From Nitrospirota bacterium (GTDB lineage: Bacteria > Nitrospirota > UBA9217), in assembly GCA_963754875.1 (NCBI GenBank), contig CAVWHO010000016.1, positions 416,001-480,000 of the forward strand: 64,000 nt of DNA, written 5' to 3'. Numbering within the stretch: position 1 is the stretch's first letter; every line of letters begins with the position of its first letter. The notes below the pieces were generated by a model. It saw only the letters and a list, made by a program, of their open reading frames with translations. It had not been told where the DNA came from and made no database searches. Shown here piece after piece: positions 37,563 to 47,797 of the stretch. The position numbers and the translations under genes were made by a program.

Positions 37563-38402
37563 TTAGCCGGTCCCGTTTCCCTGGATCGTCCGGACAAACT
37601 GCTCGGCGATGCGGCCGTTCCTGCCCCCGGCGCCGAGCGCCCACTGGATCGCCATACGATCGAGCTTGTCCTTGTCCATGTGGACCCCGTACTTCGCTGC
37701 ATAGGAGGCAACGATCTCAAGGTAGGTGTCCTGCGAAAAATGGTAAAAGCCGAGCCGCAGGCCGAACCGGTCTACGAGCGAGACTTTCTCCTCGACCGTG
37801 TCCGAGGGCCGGATCTCGTCGCTCTCGTTGTCCGAAAACTTCGTGGGAATCAGGTGTTTCCGGTTCGACGTGGCGTAAAACAGGACGTTTTCGGGGATCT
37901 CCTCCAGCCCGCCGTCCATGATCGTTTTCATTTCCTTGTAATCGGTCTGGCTCTCCTCGAACGAAAGGTCGTCGATGAACAGGATGAACCGGTAGGGCCG
38001 GCTTCGCCAGAGGAGGTCGTACAGGCCCTGGACCGTGAGGATGTCGTGCTTGTAGACCTGGATCATCCGGAGCGGCGTGTTGTCGAAGACCGTGAGGAGG
38101 GACTTCATGAGCGACGACTTGCCCGTGCCACGCTCGCCCCAGAGCAGCACGTTGTTCGCTTTCCTGCCGTCGACGAAATTCTTCGTGTTGTTCACGACCT
38201 CTTTCTTGATGGACTCGATGCCGATCAGGTCGTCCTGGTCGATCCGGACCGGCCGCTTGATGGGCTGTATCGTCCTCCGCTTCCCGTCCCAGAGGAAGGC
38301 CTGGTATTTCAGGAAAAGGGGCTCTTCCGGTCCGTTGTCCACGTAGCGGTCGAGCAGCTTGTCGAGTTTGACTAACAAATGTCCGATCTTCGTTTTTTCC
38401 AT
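37563..38402 (-). CDS. DUF815 family AAA+ ATPase
   Basis: NNVLLWGERGTGKSS, FIDDLSFE, YATSNRKHL, EEKVSLVDRFGL. Confidence 0.9.
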   Translation of the reverse strand: MEKTKIGHLLVKLDKLLDRYVDNGPEEPLFLKYQAFLWDGKRRTIQPIKRPVRIDQDDLIGIESIKKEVVNNTKNFVDGRKANNVLLWGERGTGKSSLMKSLLTVFDNTPLRMIQVYKHDILTVQGLYDLLWRSRPYRFILFIDDLSFEESQTDYKEMKTIMDGGLEEIPENVLFYATSNRKHLIPTKFSDNESDEIRPSDTVEEKVSLVDRFGLRLGFYHFSQDTYLEIVASYAAKYGVHMDKDKLDRMAIQWALGAGGRNGRIAEQFVRTIQGNGTG

Positions 38403-38521
38403 AGGAGGACAGGATTACACCTTTCGCCGGCGGCCACAAGAGTTTTTCCCGAGAAGGCGCGCCCGGCGCATATGACCGCAGGGGCCGCTTTCGGACCGCG
38501 ACAGGGCACAGAACAGGAGCA

Positions 38522-39268
38522 TCAGTTTATGTCCCGGGTGACTTCGTCCCTGATGAACCGGCGTATGCGCTCCTGGTCTTGCGGGGAGATCCGCACGAAC
38601 TGCAGTCCCATGCCCGGCTCATCCAGCGGGGCATCTCCGGCCTGGTGGCTGTAGATGACCACGGCGTCAGCGGTAATTCCTCCTCCGGCAAGATGGATCC
38701 GGACAGGCAGTTTCGTGTTCAGCGGCCGGGGATCGAGGGTGCGCACGTAGACCCCGTGTTCGGACAGGACCGATGCGCATTCGCCTTCAATGCACTCGAC
38801 GGTCTGGTTGTTCACCGTTACCGACAGTTTGGTGTTGATGCGTATGTTCATGCGCGGCATGGGTTCCGTGGCCACCTGCACCACGCGGTACAGGTCCTCG
38901 GCCTTGACCGGCATGGAGAGGCAGGTAAGCGCTCCTGCAGTGAGGCACGCCCGTTCGGCCGCAGGATCGGCCTCGCGGGTGAGCATGATAATGGGAATGT
39001 TGCGGGCGACCTGGTTTTGTTTAAGCTGTTTTATGAACTCGAAGCCAGACATGTCCTCAAGGTGCTGAGCTATGAGGAAAAGGGCCGGCACGGCGATGCT
39101 CGCCATTTCCAGGGCCTCCGCCGCGCTCTGGGCCGACCAGATATTGTACTGGAACCGCTGAAGAAGCGTGGTTGTATAGAAGAGGGCCTCGATGTCGCTG
39201 TCGACAACGAGCAGGAACCGAGGGCGGCCGACAGAATGTGAGGCCGATGAGGTACGAGGTGCTGCCAT
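38522..39268 (-). CDS. receiver-like plus PilZ domain protein
   Basis: LLVVDSD..PIIMLT..P receiver fold; RMNIR, LSEHG, GMGLQF PilZ features. Confidence 0.8.
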   Translation of the reverse strand: MAAPRTSSASHSVGRPRFLLVVDSDIEALFYTTTLLQRFQYNIWSAQSAAEALEMASIAVPALFLIAQHLEDMSGFEFIKQLKQNQVARNIPIIMLTREADPAAERACLTAGALTCLSMPVKAEDLYRVVQVATEPMPRMNIRINTKLSVTVNNQTVECIEGECASVLSEHGVYVRTLDPRPLNTKLPVRIHLAGGGITADAVVIYSHQAGDAPLDEPGMGLQFVRISPQDQERIRRFIRDEVTRDIN

Positions 39269-39406
39269 GTTCAACGCTCCGTTTCACAGCCGATGATACT
39301 CCTTAGCTGAGAAATTTCGACAAGTAGGCGGTACAGACAAAATTTCGACGAGTCGGCAATACAGGGAATGGCGAATGATCATCCTGTCACAAGGCCTGCA
39401 TGCATC

Positions 39407-40525
39407 CTATTTCTTCGCCGTCACCGGCTCGTAGGTGCAGAACGGCTCGGCCGCGAGGTAGTCGCCGGAGATGGCATAGGCCCTCGCGCGGCAACCGCCG
39501 CAGACCCGGCGGTATTCGCAGATGCCGCACTTGCCGTGGTAATGGTCGAGATCGCGCATTTGCAGGAACAGCTGCGAGGTGTTCCATACTTTTGAAAACG
39601 GTTCTTTCTTGATATCGCCCGCCTCTTCCTCGAGGAAGCCGCAGATCTGCACCTTGCCGACGTGCGACACGAAGGCGAAGCTCTGGCCGCCCATGCAGCC
39701 CTTGGTCATGGCATCGAGGCCGTGCGTTTCCGGCGTCACGGTCTTGCCCTTTTCTTTCTCACCTTGGCGGAAGATGCGGTAGTAATGCGGGGCGCAGGTC
39801 GGCTTGAACTGGATCGGCGACTTATCGCGCATCTCGTAGAACCACTTGAGCGTGCTCTCGTATTCCGCGGGCGGGATCTCCTGGTCGGCCAGATCCTTGC
39901 CCCGTCCCGTGGGCACGAGCAGGAAGGGATGGTAGGCCACAGCCCCGAGGCCGATCACCATGTCGAGGAGCTTCGGCAGGTCCTTCACATTGTGCTTGGT
40001 GATGGTGGTGTTCACCTGGAACTCCATGCCGACCTTCTTGAAGTTCTCAATGGCCTTCATCACACCTTCAAAGGCCCCTTCCACGCGGCGGAACGCGTTG
40101 TGGCTCTTTGCGTCGAGGCCGTCGATCGAAAGCGACACGCGCATGATGCCCGAGTCCTTGATCTTCTGCGCAAGCTCCTCGGTCACGAGCAAACCGCAGG
40201 GCGCCATGACCATGCGGAGCCCGAGCTTCGTGCCGTACGCGGCAATGTCGTAAATGTCGGGCCGCATCATGGGCTCACCGCCGGTCAGGATGATGATGGG
40301 ATCGCTGAATGACTTGACATCGTCGAGAAACCGATGACACTCTTCCGTATTGAGTTCGCCCGCATACGGACCGTATTTTGCCGCGGCCCGGCAATGGACG
40401 CAGTTCAGGACGCAGCTTCTCGTCACTTCCCAGGCGATCAGCCGGGGGAGATATTTTTTTTCTTTGCCCACACCTGCGGGATGGCCGTGCCCGTGGGGCG
40501 CTTTGGTTGCATGAGGATGGGACAT
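39407..40525 (-). CDS. ahbD: radical SAM/SPASM heme synthase AhbD (NirJ-like)
   Basis: LIAWEVTRSCVLNCVHCRA, TGGEP, KPTCAPHYYR, KCGICEY..CGGCRARA. Confidence 0.8.
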   Translation of the reverse strand: MSHPHATKAPHGHGHPAGVGKEKKYLPRLIAWEVTRSCVLNCVHCRAAAKYGPYAGELNTEECHRFLDDVKSFSDPIIILTGGEPMMRPDIYDIAAYGTKLGLRMVMAPCGLLVTEELAQKIKDSGIMRVSLSIDGLDAKSHNAFRRVEGAFEGVMKAIENFKKVGMEFQVNTTITKHNVKDLPKLLDMVIGLGAVAYHPFLLVPTGRGKDLADQEIPPAEYESTLKWFYEMRDKSPIQFKPTCAPHYYRIFRQGEKEKGKTVTPETHGLDAMTKGCMGGQSFAFVSHVGKVQICGFLEEEAGDIKKEPFSKVWNTSQLFLQMRDLDHYHGKCGICEYRRVCGGCRARAYAISGDYLAAEPFCTYEPVTAKK

Positions 40526-40673
40526 GGGGACTCCTTTGATAAAGTCTGCCAAGCGGAGAGAAAAGCTGACAAGCCTGCAAGCTTACAAGCGGAAAAATCA
40601 TATTTTCTCTTGCTCTGTGGCTGATTTGAATTGTATATTCTAACCAATCAAGCGGGAATAGTAAAGGCCAAAG

Positions 40674-41798
40674 TCAGCATGACGCAAGCGTGCAGACCCG
40701 GTTCCTGCCCTGCTGTTTGGCGCGGTACATCGCGGAATCCGCCCGGTGGATGAGCTCCTCGAAGTTCTCCTTGATCTCCGGCAACCACGTGCTTACTCCG
40801 ATGCTCACGGTCGCCTGGAGACGATGAACGCCGTAGGAAAATTCCGCGTTTGCCACCTTTTGCAGCAATCTCTCTGCGAGCATCACCGCTTCATGCAGTC
40901 CCATCGCCATGGCCAGGAGGCAGAACTCTTCGCCGCCGTACCGGGCGAACAGGTCCGTGTCGCGGAGGCCGTCCTTGATCAGTCCCGCAACACCCGCCAG
41001 CACGGCGTCCCCCGCCTGATGGCCGTAGGCATCGTTCACCTGCTTGAAGTGATCGATATCGAGCATCAGCAGCGACACATGGGTGCCGTACCGGCTCGCG
41101 CGTTTCACTTCCTGCTTGGTCCTGTCCATGAAGTATTGGCGATTGAACGCCTGGGTGAGACCGTCCGTGATCGATATTTCCTCGAGTTCTTTGTTCAGCG
41201 CGGACAGGCGCTCGTTGGCGCGGACGAGCTCCGAGGTCCGTTCCCTGACCTTGCTTTCCAGGGAGAGGTTCAGTTCGTTCAATTTTCGATAGAGGTCCGC
41301 GTTGTCGATGGCGACCGCGGCCTGTGCGGCCAGGGCGGTCAGGAGCGCTTCATCGTCCTTCTCGAATATCCCTGTCTCCTTGTTCAGCACCTGGATCGCG
41401 CCGATCACGTCGCCCACGATGTTCTTGAGCGGCACGCAGAGGATGCTCTGCGTGCGGAAGCCCGTCTTTTTGTCGAACTCGGGGTTGAACCGCGGATCCT
41501 GATAGGCATCGGCGATATTGATGATCTCGCCCGTCTTCCCCACGGTCCCGGCAATGCCCACGCCGACGGGGAAGCGGATCTCCACGACATCCACGCCCTG
41601 GGCGATCTTGGCCCACATCTCTCCCTTTTCCTCATCGATCAGGAAGAGCGAGCTGCGCTCGGCGTTCATGACCGCCGTGGTCTCATCGATGATCATGGAG
41701 AGCAGCCGGTCGAGATTGCGCTCGGCCGCCAGGCGCATCCCCACTTTCAGCAGGATGGAGAGTCGTTCAGGCTTGATATTCTGTATGGGATTGGTCAC
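40674..41798 (-). CDS. GAF-GGDEF diguanylate cyclase
   Basis: GAF DAYQDPRFN..TGFRT; TDGLT, DIDHFK.VND.YGH, RDTD I-site, GGEEF. Confidence 0.92.
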   Translation of the reverse strand: MTNPIQNIKPERLSILLKVGMRLAAERNLDRLLSMIIDETTAVMNAERSSLFLIDEEKGEMWAKIAQGVDVVEIRFPVGVGIAGTVGKTGEIINIADAYQDPRFNPEFDKKTGFRTQSILCVPLKNIVGDVIGAIQVLNKETGIFEKDDEALLTALAAQAAVAIDNADLYRKLNELNLSLESKVRERTSELVRANERLSALNKELEEISITDGLTQAFNRQYFMDRTKQEVKRASRYGTHVSLLMLDIDHFKQVNDAYGHQAGDAVLAGVAGLIKDGLRDTDLFARYGGEEFCLLAMAMGLHEAVMLAERLLQKVANAEFSYGVHRLQATVSIGVSTWLPEIKENFEELIHRADSAMYRAKQQGRNRVCTLASC

Positions 41799-41799
41799 G

Positions 41800-42451
41800 T
41801 CATCGCTCCGGCCTGAATAGCTGTTTAAGCTCCGCAAGTTCACGGATCACATGGTCCGGCGCCGCTTTCCGCAGTTCGGCCTCGGAGCGGAACCCATACG
41901 TCACGGAACAGGTGATGATTCCCGCTGCTTTGCCGGCAAGGACGTCCGTGGTCCCGTCGCCCACGATCACGACCCGGTTTTTCGGCACCTTGAGCCCGGC
42001 CACGATCGTTTCCACGGCATCGGGAGCGGGCTTGAGCGGCAGACCGGAATCCGCGCCGATGACCTGCTTGAAATACCCTCTGATGTCCGAGGCTTTCGAG
42101 CAGGGGCGTAATAAATTCCATGGTCTTGTTGCTGATCACCGCCATCGGCAGCGTCTTATAATACTCGAGCGTTTCCTTGACGCCGGGATAGAGCGAAGAA
42201 TGCACCGCGAGGTTTTGCCGGTGGTGCTCCTTGTAGATGTCCACCGCTTTCGCAATCTGCGTTGTTTGCCCGCCGAGGGACCGGACCATCAGTGTTTCAA
42301 TTCCGTCCCCCACATACCGGCGTACGGCATCCGTGGTGAGCTGCGGTTTGCCCAGTCTGCTGACCGTATGGTTGACCGATGCCGCGATGTCATCGAGCGT
42401 GTTCACGAGGGTGCCGTCAAGGTCGAATATGAGCAGGCTGATAGGTATCAT
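41800..42451 (-). pseudogene. HAD-IA phosphoglycolate phosphatase-like gene with one frameshift near 42085
   Basis: FDLDGTL, SNK in the first frame; KPAP, IVGD..DV.AG..AG, VTYGF in the second. Confidence 0.8.
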
Positions 42452-42617
42452 AGGGCGGATCGGATATCGGGGGTCCCGGCTTTATCGGGATACGCAAATA
42501 CATCGTGGTTTGGAACACCCGACTCTCGGCTGTATCGGTGTCCCGGTGTCCGACCGGCGGTTTTACCATGCCGTGATTTCGGTTTGCCGGACCGGGATTT
42601 TGCATCAGCTCTGTTCA

Positions 42618-43490
42618 CTAGGCCGTCACCATTCCCAGATACCTCATGGGATTGTCCGACGCAAACTGGAGCACCCGCTCCGCCGGCACTCCGAGCGCGA
42701 CCAGGTTCCTGATTGCGTCCGCCAGGGTAATGCCGCTGCCCAAAAGCGTGCCGCCCGCTCCCCGTATGGGACCACTCCCCCAGCCCGGACCCATGACCGA
42801 ATCCGAGATCAGGATGATCTTGTCCGGGGACTTCATTTCGAAGATCATCTTGAGGCTCTGCGGATGGAGGTGCGCAAGGTCGCCGATGACCTCAACATAA
42901 ATATCCTCGTCCATGAGGCCGAACCCCGCGAGCCCCGGCTCCCGGTGATGAAATCCGCGCATGGCATTGAACAGGTGGGTAATGCCCGTGGCGCCCGCCT
43001 GTTTGCCTTCTTCCGCCTGCTCGATCGACGCATCGCTGTGGCCCATCTGCACGAGAAAACCCTTTTCCCGGGAGATCTCGATGACCTTGAGGGCGCCCGG
43101 CAGCTCGGGGGCGATGGTAATGATCTTGATGATGTCTTCGAAGTCTTCGACGAGTTGTTTGAAGGTCTCGACCGAGGGAACAGAAAAACTCTTCCCATCG
43201 AGCGATCCCGCACGTTCGGGATTGAGGAAGGGCCCTTCCAGGTGCACACCGAGAATGGTGGCGCCTTCCCGTTGGGCCGTCATGGCCCTCCGGACAGCGC
43301 CCATGTGCTGGCGCATGATTTCGATGGCATTGGGATAGATCGTGGGAAGGAGAGCGGATGTACCGTGCATGCCGTGGATGAGGGCCACTTGCCGGACATC
43401 ATCCTGTCGTCGCGTGCGCGTGTCATATTTCTCGGCGCCGTGAACGTGAATATCAACGAGATACTGCTTGGTTCCGATTGAATAAGCCAT
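42618..43490 (-). CDS. nagA: N-acetylglucosamine-6-phosphate deacetylase (compact form)
   Basis: DIHVHG, HLEGPF, TIAPE, GHS, THLFNAM, ISD, LLGS. Confidence 0.85.
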   Translation of the reverse strand: MAYSIGTKQYLVDIHVHGAEKYDTRTRRQDDVRQVALIHGMHGTSALLPTIYPNAIEIMRQHMGAVRRAMTAQREGATILGVHLEGPFLNPERAGSLDGKSFSVPSVETFKQLVEDFEDIIKIITIAPELPGALKVIEISREKGFLVQMGHSDASIEQAEEGKQAGATGITHLFNAMRGFHHREPGLAGFGLMDEDIYVEVIGDLAHLHPQSLKMIFEMKSPDKIILISDSVMGPGWGSGPIRGAGGTLLGSGITLADAIRNLVALGVPAERVLQFASDNPMRYLGMVTA

Positions 43491-43598
43491 GGTGCACTCC
43501 CGATGCAGCGATGCAATCTGTAAAGCGAGGAAGGGGGAATAGGAGCGTCGACGGCTTATTCTCTTCTCCGGTGCCCCTATGTCCTGGTCGCATCCTTA

Positions 43599-43841
43599 CT
43601 ACGTAATCTTCCCCCTTCGCGAAAAGAACTCGCTCAATGCAAGCCGGACAACGGCCCCGCGGTCCCAGGGCTGTTTGAGGTCCCTGGTGATTTCGGCCGC
43701 AACTTCGTCGAGGGCATCAAGGTGCTCGTCTTCGAGCAGCAGCGTCACCTCTACCAGCCCGTGGTGTTCATGCCCCTCGTGTCCATGGCCGTGATGGCCG
43801 TGTTCGTGATGCTTGTGTGCATGTTCGTGCTTGTTGTCCAT
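43599..43841 (-). CDS. small protein with His-rich N-terminus and RHH-like C-terminus
   Basis: HEHAHKHHEHGHHGHGHEGHEHH; VTLLL..LD..RGAVVRLALSEF; GGAGG SD. Confidence 0.7.
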   Translation of the reverse strand: MDNKHEHAHKHHEHGHHGHGHEGHEHHGLVEVTLLLEDEHLDALDEVAAEITRDLKQPWDRGAVVRLALSEFFSRRGKIT

Positions 43842-43904
43842 ACGTAGCCTCCCCAGAAATCAAAAACGCATGGCGTAGAGCCACTGCCCGAGCCCTATGC
43901 TCTG

Positions 43905-44831
43905 CTAAAATAATACCCTCATCATCAGCGGCATCGTAAAGAATAACGCCACTGTGGAAAAGGCGATGCAGGCTGCAGCCAGGGGAACATCGAGTTCCAG
44001 CTCGTCTGCAATCACGAGGGAGAGCACCATTACTGGCATGGCCCCTTCTATGGTAACCGCCTTCAGTAAATCGCCCGTCAGTCCCAGCCATGAACCAACC
44101 CGCCAGGCGAGGATTGGCGAGAGCAGCAGCTTGATGGCCAGCGCTGGCGCCGCTAGCGGCAGCCGTTTCATATCGCGAAAGTCGAGCGCCAGGCCCACGG
44201 TAAATGTCATGACCGGTATGACCGCCTTGCCCATGACGGCACTGGTGTCCAGCAGTACTTGCGGGACCGCAACGCCTCCCATATTGACGGCAATGCCGGC
44301 AACGACGCCCCAGAGCGGGGGAAGCGCAATGACCCGTTTGAGCGATGCGGCAGCAGAAAGCGTTTTCCCGCTTCCATACCGTGCCGCTACGAATACGCCG
44401 AATGTCAGCAGGAGCGGCGTGTGCGCCAGCAGATCATAGAGAATCGCCACATACGCACGCTGGGTCCCGAGCACTTCGGTGATGACAGGAAGCCCCAAAT
44501 ACGTAACGTTGCCGTACGTTGCGGCAAGGACCATCACGCCAAATGCGGGGCGCGGAATGTTCCTGAACCACGGCACCAGCCGGTAAACTGCAAACCCGGC
44601 CGCGGTGCACAAAAGCACGACGGACCCGCCGACGAGCGGGATCAGGACGAAGCTGCGATCGATATGGGCCGTTGCCAGAAGACCGAAGGCAAGCGCCGGC
44701 ATGAAAACGTAGAGGATCGTGACGCTCAGCACATGCCGGACCCGGTGACGGTCAAGACCGCCGGGATTGAAAAAACGCCACGCATATCCTGCAGCTATGA
44801 TCAGTCCGAATGAATAGAGGACGTTGTTGAT
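43905..44831 (-). CDS. AEC (auxin efflux carrier) family transporter, probable ATC start
   Basis: MPALAF, GNVTYLGLP, PPLW, KLLLSP, AMP; frame open to ATC 44831, 6 nt after AAGGAG. Confidence 0.85.
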   Translation of the reverse strand: MNNVLYSFGLIIAAGYAWRFFNPGGLDRHRVRHVLSVTILYVFMPALAFGLLATAHIDRSFVLIPLVGGSVVLLCTAAGFAVYRLVPWFRNIPRPAFGVMVLAATYGNVTYLGLPVITEVLGTQRAYVAILYDLLAHTPLLLTFGVFVAARYGSGKTLSAAASLKRVIALPPLWGVVAGIAVNMGGVAVPQVLLDTSAVMGKAVIPVMTFTVGLALDFRDMKRLPLAAPALAIKLLLSPILAWRVGSWLGLTGDLLKAVTIEGAMPVMVLSLVIADELELDVPLAAACIAFSTVALFFTMPLMMRVLF

Positions 44832-45100
44832 GCACTGCTCCTTGTTCTGTTAAGGAATAATGGCAATTCCGAAAGATCAGACTGATAACTCTTTGTTTTA
44901 TTGTATCCGATTTTTTGGGAAGATACCAGCAAATGTTGCATCAACTCGGCTGCGCCCGACTGGCTGAAACAATAATTTTTGATCAACCCCGGCACTAAGG
45001 CATGTTCATGCCTTGCCGCGCAGATTTCGGAGGGATTGTGCGACGAAAGGGTTTTCCCACCCCGCTCCCTTCCTCTGGCCGTGAACTGCCCGCGAACGCC

Positions 45101-45652
45101 TTACCAGGGTGAAGGCCAATACGGACTGGGGTAAGGCCTTCCCCAAGGATCGTATAAGAAGGGATAATTATAGTAAGGGTAATAATAGTACGGCGCGTAG
45201 TAGTACCTCGGCTCCTGCCACAGATAAATTTGCTTGATTTCAAAAACAGGATAGTCGTACTCCATGTCGTCGATCTTGCCCTTGCGAGTTTCAAGGAATT
45301 CGCCCGCGAGCGTTATCTCTCTGCCCTTCTTATAGACGACGGGGTCGAGCAGCCCCTTCGACTTCGGGGAAATTGCCAGGAACCTTCCGCCTGGATGCTC
45401 GCCTTCTTCCAGGTCTCCGGAGGAGTCGACAGGCACGTACAACGCCTCGATCTGCGTCCCTGTTTCCGCAAACTTGCTGTTCACGATAATGCCGCCCAGA
45501 ATGAAAAGCCTGCCCTTATAGTTGTCCGGCGCTTCCCGGAGCTGGTCCATCGGAACGTCTCGTGTGCCCTCCCGCATCAGCTCCCGGCTCAACACCGGCG
45601 CACACGCCGTAAGAAGCAGCGCGGCACTCAATATGATCAATACTCGTTTCAT
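45101..45652 (-). CDS. Slp family outer-membrane lipoprotein
   Basis: LLTAC lipobox, LGG.I, GRFLA, LDPVVY..GR.IT.AG, YDYPV. Confidence 0.85.
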   Translation of the reverse strand: MKRVLIILSAALLLTACAPVLSRELMREGTRDVPMDQLREAPDNYKGRLFILGGIIVNSKFAETGTQIEALYVPVDSSGDLEEGEHPGGRFLAISPKSKGLLDPVVYKKGREITLAGEFLETRKGKIDDMEYDYPVFEIKQIYLWQEPRYYYAPYYYYPYYNYPFLYDPWGRPYPSPYWPSPW

Positions 45653-45851
45653 ATTATATTATCCCATGAACCAGGAGGAAGTGTCAAGGCGCGCATTTTT
45701 GTAATACTTCGGCTTCATTTACCGAGTCCCTCGTTAGGTTGTGGCCGCGGGCGGTCCTTTTGATGCCAATAGCACGTTTTACGGCAAAATTATTTGCAGA
45801 ACTCCTTTTTCCATGTTATATTGTGGCCACTATAATCGGAGAGAGAAGTCT

Positions 45852-46115
45852 ATGCCTTCGAGTAAACCGAAAATCAAGCTCTACACCCTGAGCACGTGCT
45901 CTCATTGCAATCGAACCAAACGTTTTTTTACTGAAAACGGCATCGAGGTGGAGTTTACGGACGTAGACCTGCTCAGCGGCGAAGAGCGCGAGCGCGTCAT
46001 GGACGAAGTGAGGAAACTGAACCCTGACTGCAGTTTCCCCACTATATGCATCGGCGATTTCATTGTCGTAGGTTTCAACGAAGAAAAGCTGCGCAAGGCA
46101 TTGGACCTGAAATGA
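45852..46115 (+). CDS. glutaredoxin-like (NrdH-type) protein
   Basis: LYTLSTCSHC, SFPT, VGF. Confidence 0.88.
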   Translation: MPSSKPKIKLYTLSTCSHCNRTKRFFTENGIEVEFTDVDLLSGEERERVMDEVRKLNPDCSFPTICIGDFIVVGFNEEKLRKALDLK

Positions 46116-46444
46116 CTCCGGACAAGCTGTTCGACATCCTCACAAAGTATGCAGAATCGCAGGGCATCCGCTTGAACAAAGATAAGCCTTTCGTCATGGA
46201 CATTCTGCAGGGTCTGCTGACGAACGAAGCGCGCTACGACTACCGCTCCTGTCCCTGCCGCCTCGCCTGGGGGGTGAAGGAGAAGGACGCCGACATCGTC
46301 TGTCCCTGCGTGTATCGCAACCCCGACATTGCGGAGTTCGGCAGCTGTTTCTGCGGCCTCTACGTTTCAACAGCATGGAACGAAGGAGAGATGGAGCACA
46401 AGCAGGTCCCGGAGCGAAGGCCGAAAGAAAAGCGGGTAATGTGA
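46112..46444 (+). CDS. ferredoxin:thioredoxin reductase catalytic subunit family
   Basis: CPC, CPC and CFC motifs; ATGA coupling to the glutaredoxin gene. Confidence 0.88.
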   Translation: MTPDKLFDILTKYAESQGIRLNKDKPFVMDILQGLLTNEARYDYRSCPCRLAWGVKEKDADIVCPCVYRNPDIAEFGSCFCGLYVSTAWNEGEMEHKQVPERRPKEKRVM

Positions 46445-46500
46445 AAATATTCCAGAGCAGCTGGTCACAAATGGACATCGAAAAACGAAAAGGACAGGAC

Positions 46501-46896
46501 ATGAAGAAAAAGAAAGAGAAGACCCCGAAAAAAGCAGACATGCCCGAATTCAACTTCAAGGAATTTACCGAGGAAGAAGGCAGGATCTACGAGGAAGCGG
46601 TCAGCAAATTCCGCGATGCTATCGCGGCCGGTAAAGCACTTCGCCAGGCGTACGAAAGCTATGCAATTGCAGATAAGGAACTGGAAAAGCTGGTTCAGGT
46701 GGATTTTTTAAAAATTCTCATCGCAGAGCGCCATTTCGGCCAGCGTCAGTCTTTGGACGATATCGCCAAGGCACTCGACGTTTCAGAAAGCCTCATCAAG
46801 GAAACCCACGCACGCATGCTCCAGGAAGTGGGCGTCACTGCGGCAAGCCAGTTCGGCGAGCAATTCGACGGAATCCTCCCGAAGACGAACGACTAA
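46501..46896 (+). CDS. hypothetical protein with C-terminal HTH-like segment
   Basis: AGGA SD; DFLKILIAE.HF..SLDDIAKALDVS. Confidence 0.65.
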   Translation: MKKKKEKTPKKADMPEFNFKEFTEEEGRIYEEAVSKFRDAIAAGKALRQAYESYAIADKELEKLVQVDFLKILIAERHFGQRQSLDDIAKALDVSESLIKETHARMLQEVGVTAASQFGEQFDGILPKTND

Positions 46897-47047
46897 GAAA
46901 ACCCTTTTGATTGCTAAAACGCAAGGGAGATCCAAAGATCAACTGTCTTCTCGGTGCTCTTTCGCGACTTCGCGCTTGTTTTTTTCAAATCATTGTTTCT
47001 TCTGCAACCTCTGCGGTTGAACAATCTTCTTAAGCAGGAAAATTCCC

Positions 47048-47797
47048 ATGAGCTTCTTAATCGGTTTTCTTGCCGGCTTTTTCGGCGGCCTGGTCGGCCT
47101 CGGCGGCGGGGTCATCATGATCCCGCTCATGGTCGGCATCCTCAAATTAGACCAGCACAAAGCCCACGGAACGAGCCTCGTTGCGCTTGTCTTTACCGGG
47201 ATCTCGGGCGCAATTGCCTACGGGATGAAGGGCTCCGTGGATGTCACTGCTGCTGTTCTCGTCGCGGCTACGGCCATGGTAACTGCACGGGCCGGCGCTC
47301 ACTTTGCCCATTCTCTTCCCGGATGGAAGCTCAGGCGGGCATTCGGCGGTTTTCTGGTGTTTGCCTCTGCCCTCATGTTGAGCAAACCCTATCTTCCGCA
47401 GATTGCTGCAATGGACAGCGGGTGGACGAGGGTTGCGCTCTTTCTCGCGACCGGCGTGGTGGCGGGATTCATCTCCGGCATGATGGGCGTAGGCGGCGGA
47501 GCGATCATGGTACCGGCCATGGTCCTGCTCGCGGGATTCAGCCAGCACACCGCGCAAGGGAGTTCGCTGCTCTCTATGGTTCCTGCAGGCGCCAGCGGCG
47601 CGTTCACCCACTGGAAACTCGGCAACGTCAGAACGAATCTTCTGCTCGGGTTGATCCCGGGAATTCTGATAGGGACCTATCTCGGCGGCACTCTGGCCCA
47701 TGTGCTGACGGACAACATCCTGCGGCTCGTTTTTTCGGCGATGTTGATCTGGATCGGCGTGCGGTATCTGATGACGAAAAGGCCCGAGGCCTCATAA
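47048..47797 (+). CDS. TauE/SafE sulfite exporter family protein
   Basis: GLVGLGGGVIMIP, AHGTSL; GMMGVGGGAIMVP, AQGSSL. Confidence 0.9.
   Translation: MSFLIGFLAGFFGGLVGLGGGVIMIPLMVGILKLDQHKAHGTSLVALVFTGISGAIAYGMKGSVDVTAAVLVAATAMVTARAGAHFAHSLPGWKLRRAFGGFLVFASALMLSKPYLPQIAAMDSGWTRVALFLATGVVAGFISGMMGVGGGAIMVPAMVLLAGFSQHTAQGSSLLSMVPAGASGAFTHWKLGNVRTNLLLGLIPGILIGTYLGGTLAHVLTDNILRLVFSAMLIWIGVRYLMTKRPEAS

Noticed and set aside
36214..38375. 411-aa and 281-aa plus-strand ORFs
   Set aside because: Overlap well-supported minus-strand genes; no motifs
40746..43481. 356-aa, 266-aa and 414-aa plus-strand ORFs
   Set aside because: Shadows of the diguanylate cyclase, HAD and nagA genes
45780..45800. Second sigma-54 promoter (CGGCAAAATTATTTGCA)
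   Set aside because: GG to GC spacing is off by one base
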